The notes beneath the pieces were generated by a model, which was not told where the DNA came from, ran no database searches, and worked only from the letters and a program-made list of their open reading frames with translations. From positions 6,138,001-6,202,000 of the forward strand of contig NW_026262604.1 of NCBI RefSeq assembly GCF_021869535.1: DNA of 64,000 nucleotides, written 5' to 3'. Every line of letters starts with the position of its first letter. Within the stretch, counting starts at the first letter, position 1. The translations under genes and the position numbers were made by a program. Shown here piece by piece: positions 11,013 to 23,648 of this stretch. This DNA is from Mytilus californianus (taxonomy: Eukaryota).

Positions 11013-14000
11013 CCCAGCAAACACACAACATTTTAAAAACATTTTTTAAATGTCATATGGACGTCTCTCAAAAAATGTTTCAATAAGATATCATTTAAAC
11101 ATAAAAAAAATGTGTATTTTATTGTTTTTGAAATGTTTTATTTCTAACATTTAAGTAAAATGTTTTTACAACATTAACAAAATATTATTTGCAAATATCT
11201 TTTATTCATGTTCTCAAACGTTGTTCTAAAATATCCCGTAGATATTTTATAATATAAAAAAAAAATATATTCTTCAATTGGTATTTTATATTTTAACAAC
11301 ATTTAGAGTAAATATTTTCCAAATATCCAAAAAACATTCTGCCAAAAAATGTGTTACAGAAAATATAGTTTTGCTATTTGCATAAAATGTTTTATAACGT
11401 AAAATTAAAATGTTTTACATAAAACATCTGAAAAATATCAGCTAAATGTTTTCTATAAAATATTCTGACATACACATTACTTAATAGTCTTACTGATATT
11501 TTATTCAACATTTAACGGATATAAAAATAACATTTTATTTAAACTTTATTCAAAACCCCACAAACAACGTTTTGTGGAATTAGCTCGTTTTTTCAGGATA
11601 AGATATAGTACTACATTTCATCAATATCATGACAAGCAAGATACTATGGTTGATATCCTTAATTGATATCTTGAAGATCCTTGAAGTCAGATTTTATTCC
11701 TTCTTATATTAAAATTCAAAAGAGTCAACATTAAATTAAGCAATAATGTATTAATAAACAATCACCGTTCTTTAATGTTTATTCATTTCGTTCGTGTATA
11801 TTTTAGAAATTAAGAGATGAAAACTGTAACTGTACTAAGTTCAATTTTCGTATCGTTTATATGCCTTACGGAAAACCGACCTTTTCCGGAATCGACTTTT
11901 GTTTTATCACCGGAAATGATTTTGCAATTTGAATTTCGAAACGAAGACAGGATATCAACAAAGAGAGCCAAGAAAATTGTTTGTTACGCGATATATACTC
12001 ACTTGGTAAGAATGATTAATCTGTTAAGATGAAACTTGTGCATTCATTGTGTGTGTTCAATCATAATCGGAACCAAATTACATCTGTTTCTGGAGGTGCG
12101 GATCAAGGTTTTGAAAAAAAGGGGGCCCCTGCCCAAGCCAAGGCAAGCAAACGTTTGGAGTGATACTTGTAAATAGTCTATACATTTATCTTATAAGTAG
12201 CTCCATAAGGGGGTCGGGGCCCCTAAATCCGCCACTGTTCAAGCATCTACGTACAACAATTATGAATTTGTTCATTGATATAAAAAAATTATAAGGATAT
12301 GTGGCTTGTGTGTTTGATTGCCAATATACCTTATTGCTATTTGTCCGCCATTACTGGCCATGGACATCACAAAAGTTCCCGTAAAATGTTGACGTCATAT
12401 TAGAAAATATTTGACAACACAATTGAAAGTAATACACCTTATCGCTAAATTGTCCGCCATTACTGGACATCACACAACTGTCACAAGTTCCCTTAAAATT
12501 TTGACATCATCATAAAAAATATCTGATGCCACAATGGAAAAGTGATTGTTGTTTGACGTCAAAAGTTCAAGCAGGATAGATTCTCGGGTCAAGCGGGAAT
12601 AGCGATAAGGTGTATTATTGTATGACGTATGCTGACGTAAAAAGTTCAAGCGGGACAGATTTCCAAATACTGAAATAGCGAAAAGGTGTATGAGACAGCT
12701 ATCCACCAGAATTTAAATGACTTGGATAAAAGAAATTATAGGTCACTGTACGGCTTTCAAAACTGAGAAAACCAATGTCCACTTTGAAGCCTTGACAAAC
12801 AAATGTTAAATTTTTCTCAACACAATTGAAACAAAACAACTAACTGCCTACATTAAATATACATACATGTATTATGAAAAAGAAATTTGACAGACTTAAA
12901 CCAACAACAACTATTGCAATAAGCATGACTCAATACCTTGTTTCCGAGGCACACAAACAAGTTACAATAACACTAATATAAGCACCATTTGAATATGGAG
13001 ATTTTTTTTCTAGTAAAATTAGTGTATGTATGTATTTGCAAAACAGTAAATTAAATTTCCCTTAACAGCTTAATGAACATTACAAAGACTATGTAAGACT
13101 TCAGCACAAGCAAGATAATATAAACTGTTGCTTAAAATCTTTTATTTTTTAACAGGAGCTAAAAGAAAAGCCACAAAGGACAAGTTCAATATGCAGGTTT
13201 ACAATTTGGAAGTGGCGCAGGTTCTTTGAAATGTCTACAACCTTTCAGGAGAATTTTTTTTGAAGTAAGATTTTCATACAAAATTACTGTTATTCCATAT
13301 TTAATTCAAATATTTAGCATAAACAATGCATTACATTCATTAGATTATGGGCATACAATACAGAAAAGATATCTGGATATTTGAATAAATTATTTTTTTT
13401 GTGACAAAATAGAAACAAGTTGTTTTTTTAAATCAATCTTTTAGTCCAACAGTGTGCTTTCATAAACATATTTGCTTTCCTTTGAAGTATTTCAAATACA
13501 TATAAACAACTCATTTAATGACATCTGTGTGTTTCTCGGAAGTTAAGTTATATTATTATCATCATTGCGAAAACAATGTGTAACACTTCGATAAGTTATT
13601 ATGTGCCTATAGTATACTTCTAGGACTGTATCATATGCCCTTAGATACAAATGACAAGTTATAAACTATGTCACTCTACAGAGTTTAACACTTAAAAAGG
13701 ACAATAAGATGTTTAATGACATTATGTAGCAGGGCTTTTAAAGGCCCTTACATGATACAATGCATTTAATGAAAACTAAAAAAACCCAAGAAAAACAACA
13801 GCCTGATTTATACAAAACAATAAAAGAAAAAAAATATGATAGACAACAATCAACGAGTATAATGAAATAAGACTCTGGACTGGACACATATCTAGTCTAA
13901 AGTTTTTTTTAATTTTTTTTAATAACTAAATGAAGTTCAGCGTGGATTATTGCTCTCTCTTAACACGGTCAGCAATTTATCGTCCCCTTCCGACAGACTA

Positions 14001-15447
14001 TCATCGTTATTTGTTTCAAAACTTTAAAGGGGAGGGGATGTATATCCTTCAGGCAACGTGAATCGTTCTATAATTAAGGAATGTGCAAGAAGTTCATATA
14101 TGAATGTAAGATTAGTTTTTTTTTTTCAGAAGCATGGCACAGCAAGAAAAGATATAAGACACTACAAGACATTCCAAGTGATTTTGAATAAGACAATTGA
14201 TTGACTTTTTCAATGTATTCTTAAATAAATCAAATAGTTGATGTAAAATGGTGTTTTGTTCTCATCTGTTCAGCCAATTATCAATGATTATTGACTTAAG
14301 ATGTAACCCTATTAGAAGTGTAGCATTTTAGTTTAGAAAGAGAAGATGTATTGAAAAATCTGAATTTGGGACACAAGTTTTAGTCAATGTAACTTGAACT
14401 TAAAAATGTGTATAATGTTTGCATAATGTCCAATGGCATATATGTCATGCATGTTCAGGTTGACATATGCATGATGCGTATAAGATAGGTAATAAAAGTT
14501 GAGAGTGACAAACTAAACATTATACCATTGTGGTTGGAATGTGAGATTTCTTGCACTGTCTGTCGTCTGTCAACCTATATTTGTCGGATTTTGTCCAACA
14601 AATATTTTCATCAAGTGCTGTTTTTCCCAAAACTGCTGATAAAGATGAGTTCATATTTTAAAATGAGCTGCTTGATAGTGATGAACTGTGATGTGTGAAC
14701 ATTTTTGTATCTTTCACCTGTTTCCTGTTTGCTTATACTTTGTATTTCAAAATGTTGAATGTTCTCAAATTTTTCATTACTTTAATTAGTAATGCTGATG
14801 AACAGAATTACTTCATATTTGGTAAGTGGCTTGACCATGATGAGTTGTGTCTGCCATTTTGGATGTGTCAAAATTTGTAGATACTTCTTGTTTTTAGAGA
14901 CTTTGAATTGTGAATTTCATATGCTTAGCAAAACAACTGATTTATTCTTGTTTGTATATAGAATTAATCACTGTGTATAAATTAATTTAACTAATGATTT
15001 GTTATTTAAAGAAGCAGGAAACTCAATCAAAAGTACAGACATTTTTTTATTGATATGGTCTAGATATCAACCAAAAACATCTTCTTAAAACATTTTGAAA
15101 ACATTTTTAGGCACAGTCTCACTTGCAAGAAAACATCCAAAAACATTTTTATAACATTATTTGATGTTCATGATATTTTTCAAACGTTCAGAAAATATTT
15201 CTAGAAAATATTTTTTAAAAGATTATCAAAATGTTTTATACGCCATTGTTTTTCACATTATCATGATATTTCTTTACAACATTTTAATTATATTATGCAA
15301 ATATTTTAGAAAATATATTAGAAAACGTTTTAGCGATATATATTCTACCATACATTTAATGTTTTTCTCACGTTTTTTTGTGATATTTTCATGACATTAG
15401 ACACAACATTTTAAAAACATTTTAAAGATGTTTTTGTGTTTGCTGGG
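11013..15447. mobile_element. 4.4-kb non-autonomous CMC/EnSpm-like DNA transposon
   Basis: 13-bp TIR CCCAGCAAACACA / TGTGTTTGCTGGG with a 2-bp TSD CA. Subterminal AACATTTTAAAAACATT-type repeats at both ends. An empty site exists in the paralogous segment at ~32918-32950. No transposase ORF. Confidence 0.85.
12330..12690. mobile_element. Doubled foldback MITE nested in a SINE-like tail inside the CMC element
   Basis: Two left arms ATAC(A)CCTTAT(C/T)GCTA..GTCCGCCATTACTGG and two right arms ..ATAGCGA(T/A)AAGGTGTAT. It interrupts TTGCCAAT|GAGACA. Confidence 0.6.
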
Positions 15448-15558
15448 CAGCAACCCATAGATTTAAGAACCATTCTATAATATTCTCAGGAAAAGAATTT
15501 GTATAAAATGAGTGTTTTATACAGAATCAAATCTGAAATTGACCTATAGGATATTATA

Positions 15559-16106
15559 GGCTATCGGGTCAGTTCGCCCTAGGTCCGTTCACCCTGAGTC
15601 TGTTCGCCCTGGAATACGCCTCCTTACTTTATCTAAAAATATTAGTATTAGGGTATTAAAGTTTAATTAACTCATTCAGATATTTATGTGGTACATAATT
15701 TTTTGAAATTTATGAAAACACATGGAAATGTTTAAAATCAATGGAGTGTTTTTTTAGCATTAATTGTCCTAATAATAATATATATATCTCACTAATTATT
15801 GTAATAATTGTACATGTCTTTGATGGATTAATAATAAAAACAACATTTTGTTTTGATAAACTAGTCAGCTTGGAAGGAGTTAAAATGGTGTATGAATTGT
15901 AAAAAATGACAAGGATCCATAATTTCATTTGTAATAATACTGCATAAATTGACGGAACAGAATTATTAAAATTGTAAAAAATCTCTAAAGATAAATGCAT
16001 TGTATTCCAATATTCTACTATACAAATCAATGGAAAATATTTGGTTGGACACTAGGCGAACAGATACTAGGGCGAACGTGAATCAGGGCGTACGGATGGC
16101 GGATTC
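15559..16106. mobile_element. MULE-like MITE with short subterminal repeats
   Basis: GTTCGCCCT repeats on the left and AGGGCGAAC repeats on the right. Absent from the paralogous site at ~33025-33035. The TSD is degenerate. Confidence 0.6.
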
Positions 16107-17238
16107 AGAATATAGCAGTATACGGTTAGCAGGTTAACATGATCCTAAAAATGTTAAATAGACGTTCCATAGAAATATAAATGTTCTTTACTATGTTAAA
16201 AAAACATATATTAATAACAAGAAAAGAGTCTCGGTTTTTAAACCAAACAACATTGTCCCCCAACATATCTAAATCAACACTGATCAACAATATTCATAGA
16301 TCTAATTTCAATGACTGTTGATTGTTGGCAGATTTTTTTATTTTTTTATTTTTGTGAAAACATTCTGGCTGCACAATTATTGTTTGTTATTTTCAACTTA
16401 ATCCATATGGACAGTTTAGCATCATTAAATCAAATAATATTACTTACTTACATGCTTATTGACGTACCTAGTCTGTAAGTAATAAAATTATAATGCAGGT
16501 ATCTAATCAAAGGGAGAAAACCACAAATGAATTTCTATGGAACGCCCATTGAATTCAAGTAGCATTATCATAGCATTGTATGCGTTCAATATTAGAAAGC
16601 ATTAGATCAAGCTGGTCTCCACATTCGTTAGGTATCTATCTTTTGATTTATAGAGAAAGGGGGGGGGGGGGGGGGGGGGGGTAGGAAGAAAAATTTGGTC
16701 TCGTAGCCGTATTTTGTTAAGTTGTAATGAGGGGGGGCAATACCTTATGTTAACCTGTTTTGGCCTTTTTCAAGATGTTGTTAACTGTTATCTGAGATAA
16801 CTGTTTTCAACCCACTGTGTTAACTGTTATCAGCATTTTTGCATTTGTTGTTAACTGTTTTTGCCAAAATTTAGTCCAAATGATTATGACGTCTGGCAAA
16901 GCTATTTTATTTTTTTTCTGGGACGCCTTCCTAAAAATTTGACGTAAAACAAAGAAATTCCAGAATTTTACAAAATATACTCATTTAATTTTCTTATAAT
17001 TGATTGCCATGGTTACTCGTTAAATGTTACATTTCATTATTTTTTTCTGAATACCTTGTTCCTAAGTCTATAATAAGGACAAATTTTAAAATATTTATGC
17101 TAACTTTTAAATTTGCAGTAATATTTGGGCCAAATAAAGGCTTAATTGTCCGCTACTTTTTTCACGCTATCCGTAATAAACACATTGTTAATAGACACTT
17201 TTCGAGTTCGATGCATTTCCGTCAAAAATAAAAATAAA

Positions 17239-17331
17239 ACGATGCCCATAAACGCACGAATGATGTTCACTAAAACCAAAGTTTTTGATTCTGGTTTTAG
17301 TGAACATCATTCGTGCGTTTAGGGGCATCGT
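17239..17331. repeat. 93-bp near-perfect hairpin (40-bp arms, 13-nt loop)
   Basis: ACGATGCCCATAAACGCACGAATGATGTTCACTAAAACCA ... TGGTTTTAGTGAACATCATTCGTGCGTTTAGGGGCATCGT. Confidence 0.85.
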
Positions 17332-17580
17332 CACTTCCGTTCCAATGTTGAGCGAGTGGTTGAAAAACTATAATGTTATATTGCACGAATTATTCGTAAA
17401 ATTAAATTATCATAATTGACAATCAGCACTGCTGTCATTAGAGAATTGTGATTAAGTACTTACAAAACAAAATTTGTTTCTAGTTTATCCTGCACAATGA
17501 CGATCATTAAGACGCTTGATGAACGTTAAAGGGATACTTCGCAAAAAAATGAAAAATTGATATTATGTTGATTATGTATA

Positions 17581-20010
17581 AAACAAGAGTGCACACGCTG
17601 AAATGTCTCGCCTTCTTTACTAATCATTGATATTATGTTGATAGTCCTAAATATAAAGCTTTATTACAACTGTCACATAAACTTAACATTAACCAAGTAA
17701 ACTAAACATTGACCAATGAACCATGAAAATGAGGTCAAGGTCAGATGAACCATGCTAGGCAGGCATGTACAGCTAACAATTCTTCCATACAACAAATAGA
17801 GTTGACCTATTGCTTATAGTTTAAGAAAAACAGACCAAAACACAAAAACTTAACACTGAGCAATGAACCTTGAAAATGAGGTCAAGGTCAAATAAAACCT
17901 GCGTGACTGCCAAATAGATCATAAAATATTTCCATACACCAAATATAGTTGAACGATTGCATATAGTATAAGAAAAACAGACCAAAACACAAAAACTTAA
18001 CTATAACCACTGAACCATGAAAATGAGGTCAAGGTCAGATGACACCTGCCCGCTAGAAATGTACAGCTTACAATCATTCCATAACCAAATATAGTAGACC
18101 TATGGAATACAGTATAAGAAAAACAGACCAAAACACAAAAACTTAACTATAACCACTGAACCATGAAAATGAGGTCAAGGTCAGATGACACCTGCCAGTT
18201 GGACATGTACACCTTACAGTCCTTCCATACACCGAATATACTAGACCTATTGCTTATAGTATCTGAGATATGGACTTGACCACCAAAACTTAACCTTGTT
18301 CACTGATCCATGAAATGAGGTCGAGGTCAAGTGAAAACTGTGTGACGGGCATGAGGACCTTGCAAGGTACGCACATACCAAATATAGTTGAACTATTGCA
18401 CATAGTATTAGAAAAAAAGACCAAAACTCAAAAACTTAACTTTGACCACTGAACCATGAAAATAAGGTCAAGGTCAGATGACACCTGCCCGCTAGACATG
18501 TACACCTTACAATCATTCCATACACCAAATATAGTAGACCTATGGCATACAGTATAAGAAAAACAGACCAAAACACAAAAACTTAACTATAACCACTGAA
18601 CCATGAAAATGAGGTCAAGGTCAGATGACACCTGCCAGTTGGACATGTACACCTTACAGTCCTTCCATACACCGAATATACTAGACCTATTGCTTATAGT
18701 ATCTGAGATATGGACTTGACCACCAAAACTTAACCTTGTTCACTGATCCATGAAATGAGGTCGAGGTCAAGTGAAAACTGTGTGACGGGCATGAGGACCT
18801 TGCAAGGTACGCACATACCAAATATAGTTGAACTATTGCACATAGTATTAGAAAAAAAGACCAAAACTCAAAAACTTAACTTTGACCACTGAACCATGAA
18901 AATGAGGTCAAGGTCAGATGACACCTGCCCCCTAGACATGTACACCTTACAATCATTCCATACACCAAATATAGTAGACCTATGGCATACAGTATAAGAA
19001 ATACAGACCAAAACACAAAAACTTAACTATAACCACTGAACCATGAAAATGAGGTCAAGGTCAGATGACACCTGCCAGTTGGACATGTACACCTTACAGT
19101 CCTTCCATACACCGAATATACTAGACCTATTGCTTATAGTATCTGAGATATGGACTTGACCACCAAAACTTAACCTTGTTCACTGATCCATGAAATGAGG
19201 TCGAGGTCAAGTGAAAACTGTGTGACGGGCATGAGGACCTTGCAAGGTACGCACATACCAAATATAGTTGAACTATTGCACATAGTATTAGAAAAAAAGA
19301 CCAAAACTCAAAAACTTAACTTTGACCACTGAACCATGAAAATGAGGTCAAGGTCAAATGACACCTGCCCGCTAGACATGTACACCTTACAATCATTCCA
19401 TACACCAAATATAGTAGACCTATGGCATACAGTATAAGAAAAACAGACCAAAACACAAAAACTTAACTATAACCACTGAACCATGAAAATGAGGTCAAGG
19501 TCAGATGACACCTGCCAGTTGGACATGTACACCTTACAGTCCTTCCATACACCGAATATACTAGACCTATTGCTTATAGTATCTGAGATATGGACTTGAC
19601 CACCAAAACTTAACCTTGTTCACTGATCCATGAAATGAGGTCGAGGTCAAGTGAAAACTGTCTGACGGGCATGAGGACCTTGCAAGGTACGCACATACCA
19701 AATATAGTTATCTTATTACTTATAATAAGAGAGAATCTAACATTACAAAAAATCTTAACTTTTTTTTCAAGTAGTCACTGAACCATGAAAATGAGGTCAA
19801 GGACATTGGACATGTGACTGACGGAAACTTCGTAACATGAGGCATCCATATACAAAGTATGAAGCATCCAGACCTTCCACCTTCTAAAATATAAAGCTTT
19901 TAAGAAGTTAGCTAACGCCGCCGCCGCCGCCGTAGCCGCCGCCGCCGCCGCCGCCGGATCGCTATCCCTATGTCGAGCTTTCTGCGACAAAAGTCGCAGG
20001 CTCGACAAAA
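17581..20010 (+). mobile_element. Young intact HINE-type (Helentron-derived) element carrying a 440-bp higher-order satellite
   Basis: 5' AACAAGAGTGCACACGCTGAAATGTCTCGCC, then ~146-bp monomers. Near-identical 3-mer period of 440 bp (18161, 18601, 19041, 19481). (GCC)n microsatellite and a 3' hairpin TGTCGAG..CTGCGACAAAAGTCGCAG.CTCGACA before AAAA. Confidence 0.85.
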
Positions 20011-22529
20011 ACCACAAATTCATAAATATTAAAGTTTATTCTGCTAGATAAGAGATCACCATAGATTTTAAATTTAGAGTATCACTTCTCCGCGTGCGGC
20101 CATTTTGACATCATCCCTGAATAGAAACCACGATATATCTATAAACCACAAAGGACCAAAACAAGCAGTAACCTAACGTAGCCGTAATTGAGTGTCGATA
20201 TCTTGTCAAGCGTATGGTTGTTTTACCCGACAAGGAAAGCCTAAACAGTTTCCCGGGTCACAAAAAAAGATTATAATAGACATGGTTGTGCATGCAACCT
20301 TTCCTAACTAACTTGATAGGCGGAAAATGTAATTATATATAAATTTTTTTGAATAACTACTATGGTCTGTCGTTTTAAAACTGTTTTTTACTAAGTTTTT
20401 GAAACAAGAAATTTTAATGGAAATTAGTTAAAAAGTTCAAAGTGATAAATTAAGTGTTACGTGTAAAAATGTTTTCGAAAATCTAGTGTATTCATAATTA
20501 ATTTATGTAATAATCTTATTTAAATAAATTCGGACCTTCCCTTATCTGATCACCAGTATGGCTAAAGGAATTGTTCCCAGAGGTATTGTGAGTTGACACG
20601 TCCAGGTATTCAAGCGATTTCCTGTCGGGCTTTAAAACTCTTATTACACAATAACATAGAGCAAGTTCGTACATCACTTCACCTCTGAGGGTATTGAGAA
20701 GTGTACACGGCCGATAACTTGTAACTTTCCATTTTGAAACTATCAGGTGAGTATAGTGCTTTGTCTTGCGTTTCCGATAGTGATATACTAGTCTTTACTA
20801 AACCATAGATATAATAGCCATTATATATATGACTAAACTCATACGCTTGTTTATAAATAACATTTATGGTGTAAAGAATATTTATGAAAATCTAAATAAT
20901 TCCAAAAAAAGATTTGATAAAATAAAAATATATTTACATATTTTCCAAACGTAAATTGGGGAAAATGTAAGTAATTACTCGTTGTCAATAATTATGGACA
21001 TTTTGAAACGTACAAATATTGATTTAACAAAATGTTCGCACTTGTCGATCATTGGATTATACGCCTAGATAGAAGGTTACGGAACTATAGATAGTCGCAA
21101 TTTAGAATATATACATGTATATTGAATATACGAGAGAAACATCCAAAACCAATCTGATTTAAATACAGGTCGATATCTAACTTGCTTTGGTTCATCGAAG
21201 TTATGCACATAGTAAAATCACAGATTTTTATTTCAATTAGAATATTTGGACAGTTTAAGAAAGTCGTCATCATCTCAATGGTTGTGTATTATGTATAATA
21301 ATGTAATAATGTGAACATGGTTATATTATACCGGTAGTACCTCATGTCAATTTTCCTGTTCCGACTTGCATGTAATATATAATGATCCCCAAAAAGCTTA
21401 TTTGAAGAAATAAAGAAACTTCACTCCGAATAGACTGATAGTAGATGTATTAACGTCTGGTCATCTAGAGGGTTGATTAATTTATTTAGTTAGCTTAAAA
21501 GGGAGGGGGGATAAACCATTCCTAATATTGCACTTATGCATAAAATATAAAATGAGAGTAATATAAGAGAAAATATAAATACGAAAAGTCGTATATCTGG
21601 AAAAAAAGTCTCACTGGCAACTATAAAATTTCACGTACAATTGTCATTCTTAATCGAAATAACGGACAGTCATTAAAATACATGCATGTACACTTTGATA
21701 AAAAGGGGTGCTGCAGTTGCATATTATTCATCATAAATCTATTTCAAGTATGTACTTTCCTGTCATTCTTATAAGTTAACTCAGAGACATGTGACTATAC
21801 ATCTCTAATTAACGACAATCAACCATATAAATATTTGAATCTGATGTGACTTACCGTTCATCTCTTTCTTTTTTCTTCTTTTGTTTTTTGATTTGGGCAG
21901 GTACACAAACATTGTAATGTTAGATATACTGTTCCCAGGTTGGGAGGGGGCGGTGGTTGGAGGCGAAGTATATCGAAAGTTACAAAACAAGAACGTTGTA
22001 TTGATGAATTCACATGAAGAATTCTGATCTTGGGCGTAGGTTTCTTTTTTTTTAAGTTCAGTGATTTAAATTGAGAGAAAAAAATCTGTCAGAATTTAAA
22101 TCGTACCGGCAATTTCCAACTAAGAGTCCTCTAAAACCATGAATGGTCATGCTTCACAATCATCAGAATTTTCTTTGCATTGTTACATTCTGTATCGGTA
22201 GTGATTTACCTTTACATTTCCGGGTATAACAGAGCTACTTGTATATTACATGTATGTGGTTAGGTGACGTCCCATGAGGTCTTACGTATACAGGTTCACA
22301 TTTATAATGGTTTCTGATAAAAACAAGGTTTTATGACATTCACACTCCTGCATGTTCTGTATACCAAATTCTTATCTTATTTTCAGACCAAACGAGGATG
22401 TGAATATTTTCCAGGAAAAATATTGAGTATCAAAGTATCAAATTAATTTCGGGATTTTTTTCTTTCTTTGTATTAAATCACAGAAACTTAAAGAATATAC
22501 TGCTTGTCCGCTTTAGGTGTATTCTTGTC

Positions 22530-23021
22530 GGTAAACGGACAGAAAGTCACAGGACAAAAAGTCACAGGACAAAAAGTCACAGGATATAAAGTCACAAATT
22601 TGATAGGAAAAAAAGTCACAGAAAAGTCACAAATAATTTGTTGACAATTGTTTGAATACATAAGAGAAAGATCTTGAAATATTTTCTTTTTATTACATAT
22701 ATCCATTTTTAAGTTAAGGAAATTGTTCATAAGCCTTGATAAATGAAAATTTATTAAATTTTAATCATTCAAAGTATAATTTCTTGGCACCATGAAGCCA
22801 TTTAAGTACTAATCCACTTTGACATTTTGTTTCCATAACAATTATTTGATCATTATTGATATTTATTGAATAAATGTTAATAACAAAGTTGCTTTATATA
22901 TAATAGTTCAAGAAGAAAAAACAAAAAAATTTTTTTTTAAATTAGTGTTTTCTTGTTCAAAGAAAAATAAATTTAAAACTGAATTGGGACTTTTTGTCCT
23001 GTGACTTTCTGTCCTATATTC
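22530..23021. mobile_element. MULE-like MITE
   Basis: TIR GGACAGAAAGTCACAGGACAAAAAGTC / GACTTTTTGTCCTGTGACTTTCTGTCC with the 8-bp TSD TTCTTGTC (22522-29, 23022-29). Confidence 0.8.
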
Positions 23022-23648
23022 TTCTTGTCAGTTAAGACTGACATATATGTCTCTGGTATATAGTGGGTTTATGAATGAATGATAAGTCTTGCAAAGGTAC
23101 AAGATATAAAGCACATTGAAAATTGATTCCGCCGGTCTGTCTCAAAACTTCAAAAAAGGAAAGTTGACGTTAGATTGATTCTGTTTTTTTTAAACATCGT
23201 TGGTCAAATAGCTAAAGTATGTATACGTTGTGAGATTTTAAATATTTTAATAAGGGCATTCCCGATTAAGTAAATGTAGATCGCTGTGGACGGACCAAGC
23301 TATATTAATCATGTAACCGCGATAATTTTCTCTAAACATTGAAATATTCAAGGTTAATACCCATGATAATTTGAAAAAGTAAGTACAGTGTATGGTTTAT
23401 ACGCTCATTTTCGTGGGCCATTTTTATTTATAAAATTATTTAATTGAAAGTAATTCAGAATTTCGATGTTACAACAAATACTCACCTATCTATTTTAAAA
23501 TTAAGCTTACGCAAAATATAAAAGATATACATTTATATAACGGCGATTCAGGTATTTTGCCACCATATTCCTCCCCAAATAATTAATGTTTTTATCATTC
23601 ATACGAAATGTTGTTCACACCTGTAACGGTGAACCGTGTTGGCTAAAA

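Noticed and set aside
16659-16681. 23-nt poly-G run
   Set aside because: It is a simple homopolymer with uncertain length in assemblies, and nothing else supports a function.
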